Of a stretch of DNA of 45,552 bases, positions 26,726-35,385 are shown piece after piece. The stretch's first letter is position 1. The number at the start of each line of letters is the position of its first letter. The notes under the pieces are model-generated. The model had not been told where the DNA came from. It was given only the letters and a program-made list of their open reading frames with translations, and did not search any database. A program made the position numbers and the translations under genes. This DNA is from Candidatus Scatosoma sp. (GTDB lineage: Bacteria > Bacillota > Clostridia > Christensenellales > Borkfalkiaceae): assembly GCA_045611525.1 (NCBI GenBank), contig JAZKXK010000086.1, positions 1 to 45,552 on the forward strand, read 5' to 3'.

Positions 26726-27790
26726 ATGTTAAAGCTGATTCATTGTGCGGATATCCATCTTGGCTCGAAAATGGAAGCCAAGCTGACAAAAGAAAAAGCG
26801 GACGAAAGGCGGGCAGAGGTGAGAAAAACCTTCCACCGCTTAGTGGAGTACGCCAAAAAAGAGGACGTGCGCGCGATTTTGCTCGCGGGCGATATTTTCG
26901 ATTGCGACAGACCCTTGAAAAGGGACAAGGAATTTTTCTACGACGTGGTCAAGGGCAATCCCGAGCTGGATTTCCTCTATCTTCGCGGTAACCACGACGG
27001 TGAGGAGTCCTATACCGAAGAAGGAATAACCAACCTCAAAACCTTTTCAAACGAGTGGACGGTATACGAATACGGCGATACGAGCGTATACGGCATCGAG
27101 CTTGTAAAGGAAAACGCGCTTTCCCTGTACTCCACCTTTAAGGCGGACGGGCATAGAAAGAATATCGTTATGCTCCACGGGCAGGTAGGCGCTTCGTCGG
27201 GCGCGGACAAGATAAATACGGCGAAATTTGCGGAAAAGCATATCGATTACTTAGCCCTTGGGCATATCCACTCGTACAGCCAAAATAAGCTGGACGATAG
27301 GGGTATGTACGCGTACAGCGGTTGTTTAGAGGGCAGGGGCTTTGACGAAACGGGCGAAAAAGGGTTCGTTTTGTTAGAGGTCGGCGAGAAGGTCAACAGC
27401 CGTTTTATCCCCTTTGCAGAGCGTACGGTTTGCGAGGAATTCGTGGATATCTCGCTTGCGCAAAACGCCTACTCGGCATACCAAGCGGTAAAGGCGCAGG
27501 TAAAGTTCAATCCTAAAAATTTGTACCGTATTCATCTTATCGGCGAAATCGATTTCGACAACGGCGCGCTTAGCGAGGATTTGGAAAAGCTTCTTGCAAA
27601 CGACTGTTATTTCGTATCCGTCAAGGACGGCACGCAAAGGAAAATCGATTTGACCGCGTACGAGGGGGATATTTCCCTGCGCGGGGAGTTTATCCGCGCC
27701 GTATCCGGGCATACGGAGTGGAGCGAAGAGAAAAAACGGCAGGTCATCGCCTTAGGGCTGAGGGCGCTGTCCGGGCGCGAGGTGGAATGA
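26726..27790 (+). CDS. SbcD/Mre11-like metallophosphoesterase (YhaO-type DNA repair exonuclease)
   Basis: LIHCADIHLG, LLAGDIFD, LRGNHD, VMLHG and ALGHIH. Confidence 0.88.
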   Translation: MLKLIHCADIHLGSKMEAKLTKEKADERRAEVRKTFHRLVEYAKKEDVRAILLAGDIFDCDRPLKRDKEFFYDVVKGNPELDFLYLRGNHDGEESYTEEGITNLKTFSNEWTVYEYGDTSVYGIELVKENALSLYSTFKADGHRKNIVMLHGQVGASSGADKINTAKFAEKHIDYLALGHIHSYSQNKLDDRGMYAYSGCLEGRGFDETGEKGFVLLEVGEKVNSRFIPFAERTVCEEFVDISLAQNAYSAYQAVKAQVKFNPKNLYRIHLIGEIDFDNGALSEDLEKLLANDCYFVSVKDGTQRKIDLTAYEGDISLRGEFIRAVSGHTEWSEEKKRQVIALGLRALSGREVE

Positions 27791-30363
27791 TGAAGCTTAT
27801 TTCCTATCATATTGAAAATTACGGAAAAATCCACGGTGCCGACGGGAGCTTTGCAGAGGGTTTGACCAGTCTTTGCGAGAAGAACGGGTACGGGAAAACC
27901 ACGCTGGCGTCCTTTATCAAGGCGATGTTTTACGGCTTGCCTACCTACACAACGAAAACCAAGGCGTTTGACGACAGACAGCATTTCTATCCCTTTAACG
28001 GCGGAAAGTTCGGGGGCAATCTTACTTTTGAGATGCAGGGAAAAACCTATAAAATCGAACGGTTTTTCGACAAAAAAAGCAGTAAAGGCGACGAGCTTAA
28101 GGTCTACCAAAACGGCGCGCCGTATTTTGGCTTCGGGGAAGAAATCGGCAGGGAAATTTTCGGCTTGGACGAGGACGCTTTCAAAAAGACGGTGTTTATT
28201 ACCGCCGATGAAATCGAAATTTCTTCCACCCAGAGCATCAACGAACGCTTGCACGGGGATATCGCCTCGTTCGGCGAGGACGGGGACTGCGAACGGGCAA
28301 TCGAGGCGTTGGACAAGGTGAAGAAGGAACTCAAAGCCGCGCGCGGAAACAACGACCTCATCAGCAATCAAAAACAGCGGGTTTTGGAACTGTCCGCGCA
28401 GATTAGCAACCTCAATGATATGAGCGAGGGCTTGCAAGAAGAATATTTGGAACGCGAACGCCTGCAAAAAGCCCTTGAAACCCTTGAAAAAATGCAAAAG
28501 ACGGCAAACGAGCGCAATCTCGTCTTGCAAAAATGGGAAACGGCGGAGCGTATGGAACGCCAAGCGAACGAAAAACGCGTCCGCTTTCGGGAAATCCACG
28601 CCAAGTACCCCCACGGTATCCCCACCGAGGAAGAACGGGCGCGCTTACGCGAATGCGTAGAGGAAAAAAGCTCGCTTACGGGAGCCATCAACGCCCTTTC
28701 GTTTGGGCATGAAAAAGAAGCCGCCCTGCAAGCCTTAGAAGAAAAATTTCGCGGCGGCTTGCCTACGGAAGAGGCTTTGGACGGGGTACAGGCGGGTATA
28801 CATACGGCAAACGCCCTTCTTGCGGAAGAGGAGAGCTTAAAAAACCGTACGAAAACGCAAAAGGAACAGCTTTTAGAGGGTAAATTTTCTTTGCGCGCGC
28901 CAACCGAGCAGGAGTTAGAGCAAATGCGCCGAACGGCGCAGGAATACAAAGCCGCCGATATGAAAATCAAAACGGTTTCCGCAAACCTTTTATCGGCTTC
29001 CCAAACGGTGAAAAAGTCTTCGGTTTGGTCGATTGCGCTTGTGCTTGCCGTAGCGATGGCGATTGCGGGCGGGGAGTTGCTATTCGTCTATCCCCCGATA
29101 GGCGCAGGGGTGCTTGCCTGCGCGGCGGCGGTACTCGTCGGGGGGATTGTTCACCTGAAAAAGGGCGTGAACCAGACCATGCCCCCCTCGAATATGAATA
29201 CGGAGCTTGTAAAACTGCAAGCCGAGCTGAAAACGGCGGAAGAAAAGCTCCGCGCGTTCACCGTACCCTACGGGTATTACGGGGGCGCTGGCGCGCTGTA
29301 TGATTGCGCGAGCCTTGAGGAAGATTTGACGGCGTATAACGACTATTTGCAAGCGGAAAAAGCGCGGGCAGCCAAAATTTCCGCGCTTGAAGCGCGAAGA
29401 CGGGCTTTGCAAGACGAGCTTTCCGTCTTTTTCGCGGACTACGGAGAAAGCGCGGAAAACGGGCAAAGGGCGGTCAACGCTCTGCGTTCGGCTTTACAAA
29501 ACTATAAAACCCTGCGCGCGGACAAGCAAGAGGCGGCAAAAAGCGGAGAGGGGTTGCGCCTGCGCCAAAAGGACAACGAAAGACAGACTGCCGAAATCCT
29601 TGAAAAGTACGGATTTTCCCCGTCGGTGGCTACCATGGACGGGTTGAAAGGGCTTGAACTGGACTGCAAAGCGCTTTTGGACGCGAGAAAGGAAGGAGAA
29701 ACGCTGGTGAAAGCCCTTGCCGAATACAAGGCGCAAAACGGCTTAAACGAGCGTCCCGAAAGCGAGAAAGAGGACTTAGACGAGTTACACGCCCGCTTAT
29801 CCGCGGTGAGAAGAAATCTTGCCGATTGCGATAAGCGTATCGCGGAAACGGAACGCTACGTGGAAAAGCTGCCCGATTATCAAAGCGCGCTCGAATGCGC
29901 GGAAGAAAAGCTTAAAGACTATAAGGAAAAGCACGCCTTGTTTGCCGATACCATAAGCGCGTTGCAAGAAGCGGACAGGAGCTTAAAGGAGCGATATATC
30001 GCCCCCGTCAAGGAACGCTTTTCCCATTACGCCGAGGCGTTGGAACGGGTACTCGACGAAAAGGTGCGTCTGGACGCCGATTTGCATATCCTATTCGAGC
30101 GCGGGGGCGAGGACAGGAGCGAACGCCATTTGAGCGCGGGCGAGCGCAGCATTTGCGCTCTGTGTTTGCGCCTTGCTCTTGTCGATAATATGTATGAGAC
30201 GGAAAAGCCCTTTATCGTTATGGACGACCCCTTCGTACACCTCGACGGGGAACACTTGAAACGGGCGAAGGCTCTGCTTGCCGAGCTTAGCAAAACCCGT
30301 CAAATCGTGTACTTTTGCTGCCACGAATCGCGGGATATGACCCTTGAAAATTTGTCATTATAA
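27787..30363 (+). CDS. SbcC/Rad50-like AAA ATPase (YhaN-type) with a central TM hairpin
   Basis: Start at the ATGATG that overlaps the upstream TGA (ATGA). Walker A EKNGYGKTT, long coiled coils, signature LSAGERSICALCLRLAL, Walker B FIVMDDPFVHLD. Two hydrophobic helices are encoded at ~29020-29160. Confidence 0.85.
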   Translation: MMKLISYHIENYGKIHGADGSFAEGLTSLCEKNGYGKTTLASFIKAMFYGLPTYTTKTKAFDDRQHFYPFNGGKFGGNLTFEMQGKTYKIERFFDKKSSKGDELKVYQNGAPYFGFGEEIGREIFGLDEDAFKKTVFITADEIEISSTQSINERLHGDIASFGEDGDCERAIEALDKVKKELKAARGNNDLISNQKQRVLELSAQISNLNDMSEGLQEEYLERERLQKALETLEKMQKTANERNLVLQKWETAERMERQANEKRVRFREIHAKYPHGIPTEEERARLRECVEEKSSLTGAINALSFGHEKEAALQALEEKFRGGLPTEEALDGVQAGIHTANALLAEEESLKNRTKTQKEQLLEGKFSLRAPTEQELEQMRRTAQEYKAADMKIKTVSANLLSASQTVKKSSVWSIALVLAVAMAIAGGELLFVYPPIGAGVLACAAAVLVGGIVHLKKGVNQTMPPSNMNTELVKLQAELKTAEEKLRAFTVPYGYYGGAGALYDCASLEEDLTAYNDYLQAEKARAAKISALEARRRALQDELSVFFADYGESAENGQRAVNALRSALQNYKTLRADKQEAAKSGEGLRLRQKDNERQTAEILEKYGFSPSVATMDGLKGLELDCKALLDARKEGETLVKALAEYKAQNGLNERPESEKEDLDELHARLSAVRRNLADCDKRIAETERYVEKLPDYQSALECAEEKLKDYKEKHALFADTISALQEADRSLKERYIAPVKERFSHYAEALERVLDEKVRLDADLHILFERGGEDRSERHLSAGERSICALCLRLALVDNMYETEKPFIVMDDPFVHLDGEHLKRAKALLAELSKTRQIVYFCCHESRDMTLENLSL

Positions 30364-30429
30364 CATATGACAAAGAAAATTTCAAACAAAATCCTTGTGA
30401 TTTCACAAAATTATCAATGAAAATTCACA

Positions 30430-30463
30430 AAACGTCCGCATAACAAGCGGGCGTTTGTTTTTT
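30430..30463 (+). terminator. Intrinsic terminator after the sbcC-like gene
   Basis: AAACGTCCGC-ataacaa-GCGGGCGTTT followed by GTTTTTT (one stem mismatch). Confidence 0.6.
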
Positions 30464-30507
30464 AAAGTGATAAAAAATAACATTTAAAAAGTGGAAAAAA
30501 TTTTTTG

Positions 30508-30536
30508 TTGACACTTGTATTTTGTTTGGTTATAAT
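30508..30536 (+). promoter_or_regulatory. Promoter of the ABC module
   Basis: TTGACA (30508-30513), 17-nt spacer, TATAAT (30531-30536). Confidence 0.55.
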
Positions 30537-30594
30537 AATAATGTCGAAATATGCGTACGTGTGAGCGCGCGTGCGTAAGAAAGGAAGAAATAGT

Positions 30595-32856
30595 ATGCAA
30601 GGATTGTACTACGGAATTGCCGCTGTGTTTGCGGCGCTGGCGTCTGCGTTGCAGGTCGTCGTAAGAAAACATAAAAAAATAGGAGAGAGGACGAAAGGGA
30701 TTGTCTTAAAGGTATTCGTATACGTTTTCATGGCGGTATTCGCTTTGAGAAACTTATGCGGTAAGGTCGTCTTAACGGGAACCATCGGGCTGAACCTTTA
30801 TTCTCCGTTTGGAACGGACGGGCAGGTAAAGACCTTTTTGGCAACCGTTTCCCTTTGGGCGGTAGTGCCTGCATTCGTTATCAGCGTAACTTATCCTTTT
30901 TTCAAGGACAAAATCCGTTCGCTGACAGGGCTTATGAAGTTCTTTGTAACCCCCTTGTACCTCTTCGGGTTTGTTACCATTTTCCCCGCGCTTATCGGTA
31001 TGGCGGGCGCGGAGATTGCGGATAAAGTCGTTTTGCAGGGCGTCGTGTACGCAGCGGAGCTGGGTATGGGGCTTGGGCTTTGCGCCGGCGTTTGGGCGGA
31101 CAATTATAAAACCAGGCTTGACTATAAAGCCATGGGCAAGATTGCGCTTATGCTGATTCCCATGATTATCATGTGTATGCCCGTGTACGTACCGCAGGTA
31201 CTCCTCGGCGCGGGGCCGAAAACGATTACGCTCAAAGGCTTAGGGCTTGAACACAGACTTGTGCTGTACGGAGCGTTTATCATTCCCGTGCTTATCGGGA
31301 CGGTGCTTTCCCGTTTCGATTACGACCACCGCCGTTACGGGTTGATTTTCATTGCGACGGCGGGCATGATAGGGTATTCTTTCAGGTTGGATTTCAATCA
31401 CCTCTCCAATCCCATTAACTGGCCCTTGCATCTTTGTAATACGGCAATGTTTATCATTCCTATCTGCTTGTATTTCAAGCTGAATAAGGTATTCTACTTC
31501 ACCTTGTTTATTAACGTACTCGGCGCGTTCTTTGCTATGGCAATGCCGAATACGGCGGCGGATACGGCGATATTCTCCGTGCGCTCGGCAGAATTCTGGC
31601 TCAATCACCACTTAGCGTTCTATATGCCGATATTGCTTATCGCTTTGGGCATGTACGAGCGCCCGAAGATGCGGCAGTTCCTGTACTCCTTGGCGGGCTT
31701 TGGCGGATACTTCCTGTTGGTGCTTATCCTCAACGCGTGGTTTAGTAACTACGGTAGCGTGGACTTCTTCTTTATCAACAGTGATTTCATTGCCGAAAAG
31801 CTGGGCAAGTGGGCGGAAGACTTGCGCGACGTCGTAACGACGTTTAACGTGGGGGAGCTGACCCTTACTTTCTATCCCTTATACCAAGTGCTGTTCTTCC
31901 TCGTATACGTGGCGTTGTCCTTTGCAATGTGGTTCTTGTACGAGCAAGGGTTTATGGTAGCCGACTTATATCAGGAAATTTTCAAACGCAACAAAGCAAT
32001 CAAAGCCGACCGCCTTGCATTAGAGGTCAAGCTTGCAGGAAGAAATATTACGGAGCCTATGAATATGGAAACGACAAACAAACTTATATTGAAAGATTTT
32101 TGCAAAAAATACGCCACGAGCGACGTGTACGCCGTGAAGAACGCGAACCTTGAAATCGAAGGGGGACAAATCTTCGGTTTCCTCGGCCCTAACGGCGCGG
32201 GTAAGAGTACGATTATCAAGAGCATCGTAGGTATCCAGTCGATTACCTCGGGCAGTATCAGCGTTTGCGGTTACGACGTGCAAACGCAGTCGGTAGGCGC
32301 GAAAATGCAAACGGGCTTCGTACCCGACCACTACGCGCTTTACGAAAACCTTTCGGGGCGCGAATACGTCAACTATATCGCGGACTTGTACGGCGTAAGC
32401 AAGGAAGACAGAAACGCGCGTATCGAAGAATACGTAGAGCGTTTCAATTTGCAAGCGGCGTTCGATAACCCCATCAAGACCTATTCCCACGGTATGAAAC
32501 AAAAGATTACGATTATGTCCGCGCTCGTACACGCGCCCAAGCTTTGGATTTTGGACGAACCCTTGACCGGTCTTGACCCCGAGAGTATTTTCCAGGTAAA
32601 AGAGGCAATGAAAGCGCACGCAGCGGCAGGGAATATCGTATTCTTCTCCAGCCACATCATCGACGTTGTGGAAAGAATTTGCGACCGCATCGCGATTATT
32701 AGAAAAGGTCAAATCCTTTGCACACATACCTTGAAAGAGCTTGAAGAAAAGGGTATTCAGCTTGAACAGTACTATATGGAAAAGATTGAAATGAACCCCG
32801 AGGCAGACCAAGCGAAAAAGCAAGAAAAAGAGGCAGCCGAGGCAGCCGAGGCGTAA
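30595..32856 (+). CDS. Fusion protein: polytopic membrane region including a YwaF/TMEM164-like domain, plus a C-terminal ABC ATP-binding domain
   Basis: ATG at 30595 with AAGGAAG RBS. About 500 aa of TM helices with INWPLHLCNTAMFIIP. Then GPNGAGKST (Walker A), YSHGMKQK (signature), LWILDEPLTGLD (Walker B) and FSSH. Confidence 0.85.
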   Translation: MQGLYYGIAAVFAALASALQVVVRKHKKIGERTKGIVLKVFVYVFMAVFALRNLCGKVVLTGTIGLNLYSPFGTDGQVKTFLATVSLWAVVPAFVISVTYPFFKDKIRSLTGLMKFFVTPLYLFGFVTIFPALIGMAGAEIADKVVLQGVVYAAELGMGLGLCAGVWADNYKTRLDYKAMGKIALMLIPMIIMCMPVYVPQVLLGAGPKTITLKGLGLEHRLVLYGAFIIPVLIGTVLSRFDYDHRRYGLIFIATAGMIGYSFRLDFNHLSNPINWPLHLCNTAMFIIPICLYFKLNKVFYFTLFINVLGAFFAMAMPNTAADTAIFSVRSAEFWLNHHLAFYMPILLIALGMYERPKMRQFLYSLAGFGGYFLLVLILNAWFSNYGSVDFFFINSDFIAEKLGKWAEDLRDVVTTFNVGELTLTFYPLYQVLFFLVYVALSFAMWFLYEQGFMVADLYQEIFKRNKAIKADRLALEVKLAGRNITEPMNMETTNKLILKDFCKKYATSDVYAVKNANLEIEGGQIFGFLGPNGAGKSTIIKSIVGIQSITSGSISVCGYDVQTQSVGAKMQTGFVPDHYALYENLSGREYVNYIADLYGVSKEDRNARIEEYVERFNLQAAFDNPIKTYSHGMKQKITIMSALVHAPKLWILDEPLTGLDPESIFQVKEAMKAHAAAGNIVFFSSHIIDVVERICDRIAIIRKGQILCTHTLKELEEKGIQLEQYYMEKIEMNPEADQAKKQEKEAAEAAEA

Positions 32857-32866
32857 GGAGAGAGCT

Positions 32867-34558
32867 ATGTCGCAAAAAACCAAAAAAGAATTCGGCGGTT
32901 TCCGTCAAACGCTTTCCTCGTTGAAAACGCTGACGGCAATGCAGCTGAAAGAAAAAATGGATAGAAGTAAATCGAAATCTTTCGCGAAACGCTTCTTCCC
33001 GATTATCTACTTCATACTCGGGTTCGTAGCGGTGACGGCGATTTGTTTCCTGCTCTTCAAGGCGGCGAACATCCTTTCGATTTTCTCCCTCGTAGGAGAT
33101 ATCCCCGTAAGCGTAATGGCAATCGTGTTCGGGAGCATGACTTTGCTCTCTATCGTGTTTACGATTTTCGGGCTGGTCAAATCCTTGTACCTGTCGAGGG
33201 ATAACTTGGTGCTTTTGACCTTCCCCGTCAAGCCCTCGATTGTATTTTTGTCCAAGCTTTTAGTATATTATATATATGAATTAAGGAAGAACTTCCTCTT
33301 CCTCATTCCCTTCTTCGTAGCCTACGGGCTTGTGAAGAGCTTGGCGGCGTTCTACTTCGTATGGGTGCTGGTACTGTTCTTGTTTGTATCCCTGCTTCCC
33401 GTACTCATTGCGGCGATTTTGTCCATTCCTGCGCTGTTTATTTGCCAGCTTTGCAGAAAGCTCCGCATTTTGCAGTATATCCTCGTTTTGGCAGGGATCG
33501 CGCTCGTAGCGTGGGGGGTAATGGCGGCAATCAATATCATCCCCGATAATATCGACCTCGTAGCAACGTGGGGTACGACGTATTGGAAGATACAGGACTT
33601 CCTTGCCGCGTTCGAGGATAAATTCGGTATCGTCGTGAAGTTCACCCAGTTGATTATCGGCAAGCGCGTGGGGATGTCCAACGTCCTGTTCACCAAACAG
33701 ACCCTTCCTCACCTGCTTATCTTAATCGGCGTGCTTGCGGCGCTTATCGGGCTTTGCTTTGCGCTTTCCCAGCCCTTGTTCTACAAGATGGCGTCCAAGC
33801 CTTTCGAGTATAGAAAACGCGTCTTTGATAAGAGCAAACCCAACCGCAAAACCCCCGTATTCCTTTCCGCATTGAAAAAGGAATGGATAGTGGGGCTTAG
33901 GGATAACAGTATTTTGTCCTTATTCGTGCAAACGGTAGTGATATTGCCGATCGCAATCGAGCTTTTGAATAAGCTGTATTCAGCAATGGATACGCGGTTC
34001 TTCGGGCAACAGCTCGCTATCGCGTTCAACCTTTTAATCGTGCTGTTGTTCATGCTTTCGGGCAGTATCCGTATCGCCAGCGCGTATTCTAAAGACGGCT
34101 CGACGGCGTACCTCAATAAGGTACAGCCCTCGACCTACGGCAAATTGCTGTTTGCCAAGCTCGTTATTCCCTTGCTCGTCGGTTTTGTCGGCGTAGCGGT
34201 GACGACGTACGTGTTCGCAGGCCATTCGGGCTTGAGCACGAGAAACAATATCCTTTTCGGCGCGACGGTATATTTATTCTACGCAACCCACCTCTTGTGG
34301 AGCGCGGAAATGGACCTCATGAATCCCCAGTACGCCCAGTACGCAACCTTTGCAAACCAAGCCAACAACCCCAACGAGGGCAAATCGACGATTTTGTGTT
34401 TTGTACTCTCTTTCTTGGTGGCGGGCGTAACCCTGCTTTTGTCCTTGGAAAGCGTGTCGAGCGCGTGGATTAAGGTAACCCTTATCGGGCTTGCGTTCTG
34501 CGCATTCAAGGTTTGGTCGTACTTCATTAAAATCAAAGTATTCTATAAGGAGAAGTAA
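32867..34558 (+). CDS. Polytopic membrane protein, putative ABC exporter permease component
   Basis: 563 aa with about 12 hydrophobic helices. AGGAGAG RBS. Lies immediately after the ABC ATPase fusion. Confidence 0.7.
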   Translation: MSQKTKKEFGGFRQTLSSLKTLTAMQLKEKMDRSKSKSFAKRFFPIIYFILGFVAVTAICFLLFKAANILSIFSLVGDIPVSVMAIVFGSMTLLSIVFTIFGLVKSLYLSRDNLVLLTFPVKPSIVFLSKLLVYYIYELRKNFLFLIPFFVAYGLVKSLAAFYFVWVLVLFLFVSLLPVLIAAILSIPALFICQLCRKLRILQYILVLAGIALVAWGVMAAINIIPDNIDLVATWGTTYWKIQDFLAAFEDKFGIVVKFTQLIIGKRVGMSNVLFTKQTLPHLLILIGVLAALIGLCFALSQPLFYKMASKPFEYRKRVFDKSKPNRKTPVFLSALKKEWIVGLRDNSILSLFVQTVVILPIAIELLNKLYSAMDTRFFGQQLAIAFNLLIVLLFMLSGSIRIASAYSKDGSTAYLNKVQPSTYGKLLFAKLVIPLLVGFVGVAVTTYVFAGHSGLSTRNNILFGATVYLFYATHLLWSAEMDLMNPQYAQYATFANQANNPNEGKSTILCFVLSFLVAGVTLLLSLESVSSAWIKVTLIGLAFCAFKVWSYFIKIKVFYKEK

Positions 34559-34563
34559 GCGGT

Positions 34564-35043
34564 ATGAAAAAGACGGTCATTATAGCCATTTTGCTTATCT
34601 ATTTAGGCTCTATCGTACTTGTAAACTTCTTCGGCTTGAACGTGAAGAATTTCGAGGGTACGAAATACGTAGAGAGTATCACCTGCGAGGTTATCCATAG
34701 AGGGGAAGACCCCAAGGAAATCAAAGCGGTGCAAGACCCTACGGACGACGTTGTTTGGCAGATTTTTGATTTTATCCCCGGGTATTACGACGAAACGAAT
34801 ATAGACGCTAACCCGAACACGGTGCAGATTTTACCGCACGTATACCCCGAAACGGCGGATAATACGGAAGTAAAGCTTATCTACGATAAGGAAACGACCA
34901 GCGAATATTGTCACGTTAACGAAACGGCAAAAACGGTCACCTTTTTAGAGCCCGACAGAGGTATCACGATTGAAATCGTAGCGGCGGACGGTTCTAATAT
35001 AAAGACGAAGGTATTCATCTTACCGAGAACGCCTAAGCATTGA
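34564..35043 (+). CDS. Small N-terminally anchored extracytoplasmic protein, unknown function
   Basis: 159 aa with TM VIIAILLIYLGSIVLVNFF followed by a beta-rich domain. Starts 5 nt after the permease stop. Confidence 0.55.
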   Translation: MKKTVIIAILLIYLGSIVLVNFFGLNVKNFEGTKYVESITCEVIHRGEDPKEIKAVQDPTDDVVWQIFDFIPGYYDETNIDANPNTVQILPHVYPETADNTEVKLIYDKETTSEYCHVNETAKTVTFLEPDRGITIEIVAADGSNIKTKVFILPRTPKH

Positions 35044-35044
35044 T

Positions 35045-35072
35045 AAAAAAGCTCCCCGTGGGGAGCTTTTTT
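35045..35072 (+). terminator. Intrinsic terminator
   Basis: AAAAAA-GCTCCC-cgtg-GGGAGC-TTTTTT. Confidence 0.8.
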
Positions 35073-35073
35073 A

Positions 35074-35286
35074 GTGAATTGTGAACTTTGTTCACGTGAA
35101 TTGTACCTAACGGTACGTGAATTGTCCGTTGGACGTGAATTGCGCCTTGAGGCGGGTGAATTGTCTTGCGTAGCAAGACGTTGTGGAAATATTACAATAA
35201 CGGCAACGAAGTTGCCAATTCACGACGGCTATGCCGTCAATTCACGGCGTAAGCCAATTCACGAAAAGCAAAGCTTTTCAATTCAC
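35074..35286. repeat. Hairpin-ladder repeat, copy E3 (most complete)
   Basis: GTGAATTG at 35074, 35096, 35117, 35135 and 35156. Centre CGTTGTGGAAATATTACAATAA (35179-35200). CAATTCAC at 35216, 35238, 35255 and 35279. Every inter-unit spacer is a 3-6 bp hairpin. Confidence 0.85.
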
Positions 35287-35385
35287 GTTTATCCCGTCAT
35301 AAAAATACATGACAAAAAAAGCTTGCCAAACAAAAATATATATAGTATAATGTAAATACAAAATTTACAATAGGTAGGTTTTACT

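Noticed and set aside
27718-27786. 23-codon upstream extension of the sbcC-like ORF
   Set aside because: It lies entirely inside the sbcD-like gene. The ATGATG at 27787 gives the ATGA stop/start overlap and the canonical N-terminus MKLISYHIENYG leading into Walker A.
30548-30576. Alternating purine-pyrimidine tract ATGCGTACGTGTGAGCGCGCGTGCGT in the 5'UTR of the ABC fusion gene (Z-DNA-like)
   Set aside because: It is short and imperfect, and nothing else supports a function. It is noted only as a curiosity.
35074-35355. 93-aa + strand ORF (MNCELCSRELYLTVRELSVGRELRLEAGELS...), and a possible mini-CRISPR reading of the repeat
   Set aside because: This is the same repeat-derived artefact. It is not CRISPR because the repeats are only 8 nt, the spacers are 9-16 nt and self-complementary, the array inverts orientation around a centre, and no cas genes are present.
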